DNA from: Tubulanus polymorphus
Lineage: Eukaryota > Animalia > Nemertea
Assembly: GCF_964204645.1 (NCBI RefSeq)
Contig: NC_134031.1
Span: 6,324,001-6,388,000, forward strand
DNA: 64,000 bases
Direction: 5' to 3'
Shown here: positions 51,381 to 59,986 of the stretch, piece after piece
Layout of the letters: each line of letters starts with the position of its first letter
Numbering within the stretch: the stretch's first letter is position 1
The notes under the pieces: model-generated
Database searches by the model: none
What the model saw: only the letters and a program-made list of their open reading frames with translations
What the model was told of the DNA's origin: nothing
Program-made: the position numbers and the translations under genes

Positions 51381-52479
51381 TGTGCTGATGAGGGTTAACA
51401 GCGGGTTGTTTATACTATTTCTGGTATATGAGTAAATTTCTGAAAGTATTGTGAAAGGGGGTACAGTAAAATCTGATAGAACAAAGTATATGTTATAAGT
51501 ATGGTATGATGATGTAATTATTTCGAGTGTTAATTAAACAGGGGAGACAAAACTATAAGTATAGCAAGATATTTTTTATTGAATGTGTCTGAAATGAATT
51601 CAACAGACAGGTGTGGATGTGATGGTGAATGTAGTCGAATAACAATAGGGGCTAACATGATAGTTGGGATATGCATCGAACCCAGATGACCTGTTAATGA
51701 GAATACAGAACAATAACACTCCGGTGTAATTTCGAGAGTTCCCACCGACGGTAATGGCATTTTTTCTCTTTATAATCTTCATTATGAATACTGGGTTCAA
51801 TGTGATTTATTAGGTTTTGCTTCCGAGAATACTATCATAAATGAATTTATCGTCGGACATCTGTATTGAAACTCCCTGTTCTTTTCAAAAAGTAATGTGT
51901 TCAGAAGGTATTATCTGTTTGTTTTATTCGTTTCTGTTGATGACTGTTTGACTGAATAGATAGTAATATAGATTTTCTACTCTGATGACCATCCCGGTGG
52001 TAAACCGTGAGAAAGTTTGAATATTCTCTTAACAGGGGGGTAAAACAGACATAGGTGGAGTGACAGTATTTAAAGAAACAATGAAGATCAATCACGTGAT
52101 TTAAAGTAGACCAATGGTATGATTCTGTGGTAACTTAAAAATTACGTTGATTGGTAAATTTTAACATCCTATTGTTGATCGAACATTTAAAAATGCCGAC
52201 TACCGCAGCACGGTCTTTTTCGTTCCAACGCGCCGAAGTATCCAACAACGCAGAACCACGCTATCGTCATCATCATCATCATCATCGACATTATCGTCAC
52301 CAAAGGAGACTAAGGAAAGAAAACTCATTTACTAAGGTAAGCTACGTATTATTTTCCTTAATTCTACATAATTCTTTTGTTTAGATATTCTCAATGTGAA
52401 ATATGTATACTCGTTATCGAAATTTTTGCATTGTATCGAAAAATATTTTACAATTTTTATCAATTTTTTAAGATGAAAT

Positions 52480-52947
52480 TTACATTCTAATGAAATACTT
52501 GCTAACAAATTGTTTAACATAATAATCATTATACTCGTAATCAGTTTTACTAAAACTACTGAATATCTCGGGAAAACACATACCGTGTGAGAGAAGAGTT
52601 ACAAAATATATGCAATAATATCCGCAATTCGTACTAAACAAACTTTGTACTCTAACTCGAGAATAATCCCAGTAATGACAGTGTGTATCTAAATAGTTTC
52701 TTAATATAATATTATAGAATTGCGGTTGTTGTCCGTAACTATCTAGGAAATAACCTTGTTTATTTGCAAATATTATAAAACAAATCCAATGTTCTCCGCT
52801 CTTATCACTATTTTGAGAGTTTACAATGAAAATACTGGGATACTCAGGAGGTTCGGGTAAACGATCAGCTGCGTAGACACCTTTAAACAATTTGTTCGCA
52901 CAAGTATCTTCGCGCAAAATATTAATTAATTGATCGGTATACAACAT
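52480..52947 (-). CDS. Adenain-like cysteine protease (Polinton PRO)
   Basis: Probable start MLYTDQL at 52947, 4 nt after the MCP stop; catalytic motifs GEHW, FLDSYG and VQSLFSTNCGYYC. Confidence 0.92.
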   Translation of the reverse strand: MLYTDQLINILREDTCANKLFKGVYAADRLPEPPEYPSIFIVNSQNSDKSGEHWICFIIFANKQGYFLDSYGQQPQFYNIILRNYLDTHCHYWDYSRVRVQSLFSTNCGYYCIYFVTLLSHGMCFPEIFSSFSKTDYEYNDYYVKQFVSKYFIRM

Positions 52948-52951
52948 CTTT

Positions 52952-54271
52952 TTAAAAATCTGTGACAACAGTGCGGTCTTTTGTAATTTCCAACACTTCA
53001 TCAAAGTTGGCGTATAATAGTAAATTAATATTTTCTGGTAGAGGTTTTGAAAATTCCAATTCCACGCGAAGGGAACCCTTTTTACTGATAGCCAGGTCAC
53101 TGAATCCGAAATCCGGTGTCAGATCGAATGCGGTTAGGAAATATCCGTTAGCATAATCTTTTCTGGTTATTCCAATTGTCTTATCTTGATATAAAATACC
53201 GGTGCCAGTGAACAATGAGAAATATCCTTCACTCAAGTCTTTCGACTCGAAATTTATTGCCGACGCTTCAACTTGCGACCCATTGATGGACACCGCAATT
53301 CTAGTGATATCATAGTGTTTAAAGTCGAACGGGTTTTTATCGTAACTTCCACTCAGCGATTCGTCCGAGCAGAATCCGATAATTATATTCCTCGGTAAAT
53401 TTCCAATTATCAGATTATCTCTTATAACACTGCGTACTCCACGTGGTATATTCACCGGAAAAATGCTTGTTTTTACAAAATGGTATTTGGCATTACTAGT
53501 AGCCAATGCTTTCTCATGCGCTAACTGAACTGACGGGCTTAGTTGTACTCGTCGCACATTTAATGTAGCGTTTTCAATTTTCACTTTGAACTTTACGTCT
53601 GGATTCGGGGACATTAAACAAAATGCATCCTTACTTCTGATTAACTTAACTTTAACCGTTACATTCGAGAGAAGTAGTTTATCTAGTCCGAACGCATCGC
53701 TGTGTAATCGAAGTTGCGCTTTTACGAGATTGTTCGGCTTTTTCAGTAAATCATAACGTTCTTTGAGACCCGAGTTACAATTCGCGCTTCTAGGATCTGT
53801 ATCGTTCATACGCCCGGCTTCGTCTTTATATATCATAGCACTTTCCATCCATCCCGGTTTCGTAGATGATTGACAAAATATCAAGTTCTCAATAGCGGCT
53901 CTAATCGGGTGTAAGTCCATTCCATTACTAATTAATTTGTCGTTGAATCGTACCTCGACGTCACTGAATAGTGACTGAGCGTAATTAATAAGGGTAGCTA
54001 CGGGATCATCTGCTTTGTCATTGTTCATCGGACTGCCATCGCCCTTTACAATTTTAAACGTTGCATCTAACCACGTGTGGTTTAAATCTAGATAATGTTG
54101 TGAGTTACCGGTTATAAGAAAATCGATATTTCCGCTATCCGTAATTGTAGCTAACGGTTGATATTTAGCATAATGTGCGGACTCCATAGTGATATTAGTC
54201 ATCGGCAGTGAAAAGATGTCCAATTCACTCTTGAGTGCAGGGTGCGAGTCTTTGTGTACTTTCAAACCCAT
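52952..54271 (-). CDS. Polinton major capsid protein (double jelly-roll)
   Basis: 439 aa; KSELDIFSLP, YLDLNHT, GSYDKNPFDF, GYFLTAFDLTPD and GSLRVELEFSKPL are typical Polinton MCP motifs. Confidence 0.9.
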   Translation of the reverse strand: MGLKVHKDSHPALKSELDIFSLPMTNITMESAHYAKYQPLATITDSGNIDFLITGNSQHYLDLNHTWLDATFKIVKGDGSPMNNDKADDPVATLINYAQSLFSDVEVRFNDKLISNGMDLHPIRAAIENLIFCQSSTKPGWMESAMIYKDEAGRMNDTDPRSANCNSGLKERYDLLKKPNNLVKAQLRLHSDAFGLDKLLLSNVTVKVKLIRSKDAFCLMSPNPDVKFKVKIENATLNVRRVQLSPSVQLAHEKALATSNAKYHFVKTSIFPVNIPRGVRSVIRDNLIIGNLPRNIIIGFCSDESLSGSYDKNPFDFKHYDITRIAVSINGSQVEASAINFESKDLSEGYFSLFTGTGILYQDKTIGITRKDYANGYFLTAFDLTPDFGFSDLAISKKGSLRVELEFSKPLPENINLLLYANFDEVLEITKDRTVVTDF

Positions 54272-54334
54272 GTTATATCAGTGTTGATGTTGGCGATAAC
54301 AATGAAGATGTTAACAATGATAACGATCAGTTAA

Positions 54335-54727
54335 TTAATATGCTTCCAGGCTTTCGATTGTTCCACGTTGACGTTTCACCCGACGTCTATTCGACTTCGA
54401 TTTTACTTTACGTTTTCTCTGATTATTCGGGGCTTTTAATACATTTCGAACGGCTGTTTTACCGTTATTCAATAACGATTCTCCTAGATCTCTTCCACCA
54501 ATGACGTCACCTATTGTGTTGACACCGGCTTTAACTATATGTGGTGCTGCTTTCTTTGCAATTGTCTTAAACAAAGGGATCGCTCCCCTGAATAATCCTC
54601 CCAGAATAGATCCGATTCCTGCTCCTTTTTGTATCGGTCTACCGTGATAGAAATCATTCCCGCCACCCGCCTGCCGTAAATAATAATTACAGCAAGCGTC
54701 TTGATCTATGATACATTCGGTTTTCAT
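54335..54727 (-). CDS. Polinton virion core / membrane-active protein
   Basis: YYLRQAGGG...QKGAGIGSILGGLFRGAIPLF followed by a basic C-terminus; lies between mCP and MCP. Confidence 0.8.
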   Translation of the reverse strand: MKTECIIDQDACCNYYLRQAGGGNDFYHGRPIQKGAGIGSILGGLFRGAIPLFKTIAKKAAPHIVKAGVNTIGDVIGGRDLGESLLNNGKTAVRNVLKAPNNQRKRKVKSKSNRRRVKRQRGTIESLEAY

Positions 54728-55536
54728 AGTAACAACTTTCGTCTAAAATGTAACACGAGGGATACTTTGCCCCTTTTAAAGATGGGCGGAGTACCACTGT
54801 CCTTAAACATATAGATTTCAATAACGTCCAGTCGATTACTCCTGAGCGGAAGATAATAAGGTCGTCTAAATTCACGATCTATAACTGTTTGATTTATATC
54901 GTTTACACCTACAATCCTTAACAAAGGTGCGCTATCGTGTCCAACTTGTTGATGTTGAATTAACTCTGAATAGATTAAGATGTTATGATTATCGGCCATA
55001 AGGTCGACCGGTCTAGACGCTATGACCTCGACGTAGCCGAAGTTATCGGATGAACTTGCTTTTCCTATGATTTTAGTTTCGGTAATATCATCACTAAAAA
55101 TGTCGGCGTCGACTACATGCATCGAAGGGAAGCCCAACACCCAGGCTAATTCCTTCCTGAACTTAATTTTCGCGTTAGCGGATAATCTAATCGAAACTCG
55201 TTGGCTTATCTCATTATACATTAGTTGTATTTTATTCGCTGCCGGTGATCGCGTTATAACCGAGTTCACATGTTCTATCAATGTTTCGATATTTCTATAC
55301 ACACCGCCTGGCACGCTATACGCGTCACTCCATTGTCCATCACCAGAGTCCACATAAAATTCTCCAGTAATTACGTTGTCGAATTCGCAATTGAAATTTA
55401 TGTGAACTAACGCGACTTCCCAATTACCTTCTAGGTTAATCGTCCCTCTCAATTTAACTTTAAACTTTTCTTGAGAGTTTCCTGGAAATTCATCCACGCT
55501 TCCATCGCTCAATAATGTTAGATAAAAGTCATGCAT
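54724..55536 (-). CDS. Polinton minor capsid (penton) protein
   Basis: FYLTLLSD...WEVAL...IYSELIQHQQVG..APLLR...LVLHFRR single jelly-roll signature. Confidence 0.88.
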   Translation of the reverse strand: MHDFYLTLLSDGSVDEFPGNSQEKFKVKLRGTINLEGNWEVALVHINFNCEFDNVITGEFYVDSGDGQWSDAYSVPGGVYRNIETLIEHVNSVITRSPAANKIQLMYNEISQRVSIRLSANAKIKFRKELAWVLGFPSMHVVDADIFSDDITETKIIGKASSSDNFGYVEVIASRPVDLMADNHNILIYSELIQHQQVGHDSAPLLRIVGVNDINQTVIDREFRRPYYLPLRSNRLDVIEIYMFKDSGTPPIFKRGKVSLVLHFRRKLLL

Positions 55537-56623
55537 TCTTCTTCTTTAGTTCTCGTGCCGGAATCCACGAATTGAATTTCGTCGGGTATCCCAACCACTT
55601 CACGAGCAACTCGCGGTTTCTTCCTCGACCGCGTCTTCTTATAATCTTCTCCACTCGGTAAACATCGTCGTTTTTAATTACTTTTTGTAATTCGTGACGA
55701 TAGAATTGTCCCTGAACCTGCTCACCCATTTGATCTATAACGTTATATGTCGGTGGGTTGTGCGGGATCTGTTTTGAAACCGAGAATATTTCGTGCGACC
55801 ATCCGGGTAAATAACCCTTGTCGAAATCTTTCTTATATCTTGCGATTCTGACGGTATCCCCAATAGAAAACTTGTACTGTTTGTTCATAAGAGACTCTTT
55901 TCCGTATAGGTTTTCCCACACCAACTTCTCATTATTTTCACTAACTTGAGACGGGTTCATTTTTATCGACCTATGATACGAATTGTTGTAGGCATTTATA
56001 ATCTTAGGAAGAACATCTATATAGGTTTTCGTCTTGTACGCGGTCATATAGCGGAATAATCTTCCCTTTAACGTTCTGATGAATCGCTCGACAATACTAC
56101 ATTTCACTGTATCCTCGCTCGTAAAGTGATGAATGTTATACTTCTTTGTTATCTTACTAAAATATGCATTCAAAAATTCTTTGCCCTTATCACTTTGAAC
56201 TTTTTTCATACGACTTTTAATCGCTATACCTTCGAATGCGCTACTAACTTCTCCACCATTTTTCGACTTTAGGGGTATGGCGTAAGCGAATTTAGAAAAA
56301 ACGTCGATCGAAACCAGTAGATATTTAATTCCTTTATTATACTTAGATATATTCGATAAATCACACAAATCGATTTGATGCTGTTGATTGATACCGGATA
56401 CTATTGTTCTATTCCTCTTGAAACGCACGCGAGTAGGACGATGAAGCGTATATGCCTCTTGCGATTTCAGAAAGTCTCTAATAACGTCTATACCAATTTC
56501 ATTTCCGGACAGCTTCGCGGCGCGATGTAATGCATTCAAACCACCGAATGCGCTTGGGTTTTCTGGGTTGTAGTACAGGTTGTTCAGTATCTTTTTCAAG
56601 TCCGAGGTCAGGCGAGTCGACAT
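55529..56623 (-). CDS. Retroviral-like (rve) integrase with C-terminal chromodomain
   Basis: YYNPENPSAFGG; DDE triad in QIDLCD / QSDKGKEF / IVERFIRTLK; chromodomain YRVEKII...LVKWLGYPTKFNSWIP. Confidence 0.95.
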   Translation of the reverse strand: MSTRLTSDLKKILNNLYYNPENPSAFGGLNALHRAAKLSGNEIGIDVIRDFLKSQEAYTLHRPTRVRFKRNRTIVSGINQQHQIDLCDLSNISKYNKGIKYLLVSIDVFSKFAYAIPLKSKNGGEVSSAFEGIAIKSRMKKVQSDKGKEFLNAYFSKITKKYNIHHFTSEDTVKCSIVERFIRTLKGRLFRYMTAYKTKTYIDVLPKIINAYNNSYHRSIKMNPSQVSENNEKLVWENLYGKESLMNKQYKFSIGDTVRIARYKKDFDKGYLPGWSHEIFSVSKQIPHNPPTYNVIDQMGEQVQGQFYRHELQKVIKNDDVYRVEKIIRRRGRGRNRELLVKWLGYPTKFNSWIPARELKKKNA

Positions 56624-56733
56624 CGTCTTTCACTTTTGACTGTTGCACACAACACGAAATGTTGAATTTTTTACAATTAATGTTAATGAGCGATTGCGGT
56701 AAACAATCAGACTTCATCATTTCGTTATCCCGA

Positions 56734-57270
56734 TTATTCACACATATGCATATTGAACAACACATGCGGCAACACCGAAATCATCTGCTTTAAAGATTTA
56801 CACCCGCTAATAATCACACATCCCTTATGTTGTATTATAAATGTAACATTTCCACAGCGAGATATGAGGCTGGGGGTGATCTCCGGATCATATCGCCCAC
56901 CTAATAACGTGTGTAGTTGGGATAAGTTAACTTTAATTCCCGTTCTCGCAACACCTGTCATTGTTTGAATTTTAAATTCTGTCAATCTAACGGCGGCAGT
57001 GGTATTAATCTTTTGTATCAATCTAGCAAATCGTCGCACACTGGTATAACTCTCGCTGGATGACTTTGCTCCGTTACATACTATTCTCCCGCTTGCGAAT
57101 AATAGACACGTGCCCCTGATGCGCTTATTCCTAAGAATTAATGCGTTAAATTTACGAGGGTTGTACACTACGTTTGACATTGTCCTAGACAACTCCTCTA
57201 GATTGAGCTTACAATTAAGATTTGCAGTCGCTACTACATTAACAACGTCGATCATTTCTGATGTTACCAT
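56734..57270 (-). CDS. TATA-binding protein (TBP)-like protein encoded within the Polinton
   Basis: 178 aa, core only. VVNVVATANLNCKLNL, YNPRKFNALILR, LLFASGRIVCNGAKS, RRFARLIQK, FKIQTM, YDPEITPSLI and GCVIISGCKS align with both TBP repeats; intronless. Confidence 0.9.
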   Translation of the reverse strand: MVTSEMIDVVNVVATANLNCKLNLEELSRTMSNVVYNPRKFNALILRNKRIRGTCLLFASGRIVCNGAKSSSESYTSVRRFARLIQKINTTAAVRLTEFKIQTMTGVARTGIKVNLSQLHTLLGGRYDPEITPSLISRCGNVTFIIQHKGCVIISGCKSLKQMISVLPHVLFNMHMCE

Positions 57271-57536
57271 TACGAGAACTAGATACTAAATGAACTTGGA
57301 TAAAATGAGATAGAATCTAAATTTTCTCCATTCATTCTCTTTCAGATATAGATCACTCGACGACAACGACGACGACGACGTATATTAGAATTTCAAACTT
57401 ACATTAGATTCATCAAAACGTATCAAGACAATCGAATAAAAAAGGTAATCCGATGATAAATTAGCTTTATCATTATTATTATTATTACTATTATTATTAT
57501 CATTATATTCTACAAATACACTAAACAAAAATATGT

Positions 57537-58274
57537 TCACATATAAATCCAATTTTCGAAATCTATATCTTTAGAATTTTTAGATGGCGTAGTCATCCTC
57601 CTCCTCTTCGTCATCTTTGCTTCGAATTCATTCTTAACGTTCGGGCGATTGTTAATTAATTTATTTCTAACGAATTTATTCGGGATAAACGTCTGTGGAA
57701 CGGACATATCTTGTAATGCCTTGATGAAATCGTCGAGTCCGTTCATTTGTTGAGACTTGTTAGGTGTCATGCAGAGATTGATTAAATCGACGATATTACT
57801 ATCATCTCTTTTGACACCTTTTACTATTATCTCCCCCTTATCGGTCCATGACAATATTTCGGAATATCGCTTTATTCGCTCCAATAACATTTCCGATTTC
57901 TTTCTATAGTTTTTCGGTACGTTATTCAAAATTTCCTGGTCGAATTCACTTTTAGTTTCGGTAGTTCGTTTTAAATCACGATCGGTATTCAATGCACTGC
58001 TTTTACTTACTATGTTAGAATTAGTGATCGTCGACTCCTTTGAATGTTTTTCGATTTGCATTAGTTTATTCAACGCGTCGTTATACATCTTCAATTTCAC
58101 GTCGTCCTTCACATCATTATCCATTTGAAGGATATCGGACATTTGACTTTCTATATTTTTCACGCGATTCGTTTCACCACTCGAAGATTCTCGCTTGTCA
58201 TCGGTTGATGTGATTTTTTCAATCATGGGAATAAATGATCCCGGAACAACGTAAAGTTTTTCAACGTTCTTCAT
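57537..58274 (-). CDS. Conserved Polinton protein of unknown function
   Basis: 245-aa ORF; the WTDKGEIIVKG...SNIVDLI motif and position resemble ORFs seen in animal Polintons. Confidence 0.75.
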   Translation of the reverse strand: MKNVEKLYVVPGSFIPMIEKITSTDDKRESSSGETNRVKNIESQMSDILQMDNDVKDDVKLKMYNDALNKLMQIEKHSKESTITNSNIVSKSSALNTDRDLKRTTETKSEFDQEILNNVPKNYRKKSEMLLERIKRYSEILSWTDKGEIIVKGVKRDDSNIVDLINLCMTPNKSQQMNGLDDFIKALQDMSVPQTFIPNKFVRNKLINNRPNVKNEFEAKMTKRRRMTTPSKNSKDIDFENWIYM

Positions 58275-58597
58275 TCCATAAACCCGAGTAGTCGACCGAT
58301 TCCTTTCAGTATCAGTCCAAGGAAACCGCCTTTTTGCACGATTAATGATTTTTTCGATTTAATCGGTACTCGTCTATTAGCGAGAATTCGAATCCACTTC
58401 TTATGTCGCTTCAATTTCTTTTTATCCGATTCGCTGTGTTTGATATTCCCTCTTAATGAATTTATACAGACTTCGCAAATAACTTTCACTAATCTGTTCG
58501 ACGATGATGACAGAATCGCATCGCGCATATTTTTCTTTCCATCGCATAAAAGTCTTAAGTGAGGAGCGAATTCCTTCAAATGCAAGTGGTTCCTCAT
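58271..58597 (-). CDS. Small basic Polinton protein with a C-terminal QKGG-amphipathic tail
   Basis: ICEVCINSLRGNI...KKLKRHK...IVQKGGFLGLILKGIGRLL. Confidence 0.8.
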   Translation of the reverse strand: MRNHLHLKEFAPHLRLLCDGKKNMRDAILSSSSNRLVKVICEVCINSLRGNIKHSESDKKKLKRHKKWIRILANRRVPIKSKKSLIVQKGGFLGLILKGIGRLLGFME

Positions 58598-58630
58598 TTT
58601 ATCAATTGACGATGTTCGCGTGAAATTACA

Positions 58631-59278
58631 TTATTTAATACTTTTTATCTTATAATAAATATGATATCCCTCGCTGGGAAATATTCGTGTGCGTAATCTC
58701 CATTTGTCCGACGTTTGTGGTTTGAAATCACAAAATAGATATCCACGCGGTGAAATTGAGGTCGCATCTGTAAACGCCTCCTCGAGCGATTTACCTAACC
58801 CGGACTGCATCGCTAAAGTCTTTACTTGGAGTCGATCCCTCGGATGCTTGAATAGAACTATATAATGCGTGTTTAACGATATTGTCCGAAAATGAGGTCC
58901 TCTCGGGAAAAGGGTTTGCGATATTAGAATCACTTGAAGTTTTCTATGATGACTACCACGTGTAAAAATGGTCTCCAATAATTTGGGGTCGCACTCGTTC
59001 AATACATCATCCAAAATAAGTAGTTTTGTTGTCTCTGAACCTGACAAACTTTCGTACAATTCCTCTGTTAAACCCTTAATAAACTCAACTCCCTCTGTAT
59101 CGTGATAGATTTCCTGATCTTCGGCGTACACCCAAACTATACGATCGGGAAATGGATCGAACATTCTTTCTTCAATCAATCTTTTAGTAAAGACTGTCTT
59201 CCCGATACCAGTCATTCCATTGATAATCGACGTGAACCATCCTTGCAATTTAGTCGGCGGTAAATCAGCTATTTCCAT
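58631..59278 (-). CDS. A32/FtsK-like DNA packaging ATPase
   Basis: Walker A GMTGIGKT, Walker B LLILDD, FTRGSHH, RTISLNTHYIVLFKHPRD. Confidence 0.93.
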   Translation of the reverse strand: MEIADLPPTKLQGWFTSIINGMTGIGKTVFTKRLIEERMFDPFPDRIVWVYAEDQEIYHDTEGVEFIKGLTEELYESLSGSETTKLLILDDVLNECDPKLLETIFTRGSHHRKLQVILISQTLFPRGPHFRTISLNTHYIVLFKHPRDRLQVKTLAMQSGLGKSLEEAFTDATSISPRGYLFCDFKPQTSDKWRLRTRIFPSEGYHIYYKIKSIK

Positions 59279-59400
59279 TGCCCCCTTTTACCACAGATTA
59301 ACAGAATCAAAATTAACAGCGATCTATCCAAAACACGTTCATTTTAAAGATTATTATCCACACATTATATTTATTTCTGTCTTCCTTTCTTTTTCTTTAG

Positions 59401-59942
59401 ATGGCACAGAAACAAGTATCAGAACGACTCAGCTTAGGACCAGTCGCCCTACCCAAGCGGTATGGGTGCACAATGTGCGAGCTGGTGTTCGCACACGCCA
59501 GCTCGAGATCCCGGCACATTAACCGGGTGCACAAAAAGAGTAAACCGCTTTGTGCCAAATGCGGGGAGGGGTTTAGCACGACGGCCTACCGGGACAGGCA
59601 CCAATCACGTTGTGCGAGACCCCTCCCAATCCCAGCGGCACGACGGCGACTGGTCCTTGAAGCACCGGCACCGCCAGCAGCAGCAGTAGGGGCGCCGCCA
59701 GCAGCAGCAGTGCCAGCAGCAGCAGTAGGGGCGCCGCCAGCAGCATCAGTGCCAGCAGCAGCAGTGCCAGCAGCAGTATTGCCAGCAGCAGCAGTAGGGG
59801 CGCCACCAGCAGCATCAGTGCCAGCAGCAGTATTGCCAGCAGCAGCAGTAGGGGCCCCACCAGCAGCAGCAGCAGTGCCAGCAGCAGCAGTGCCAGCAGT
59901 AGTAGGGGCACCACCAGCAGCAGCAGGGGCACCACCAGCAGC

Positions 59943-59986
<44 letters not shown>

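Noticed and set aside
52948-53100. N-terminal extension of the protease ORF in the ORF track
   Set aside because: It overlaps the MCP C-terminus and uses a non-ATG start; the ATG at 52947 gives a normal-sized protease.
56499-56793. Cys-rich short ORFs between the TBP-like gene and the integrase
   Set aside because: They overlap both neighbours and contain no recognisable motif.
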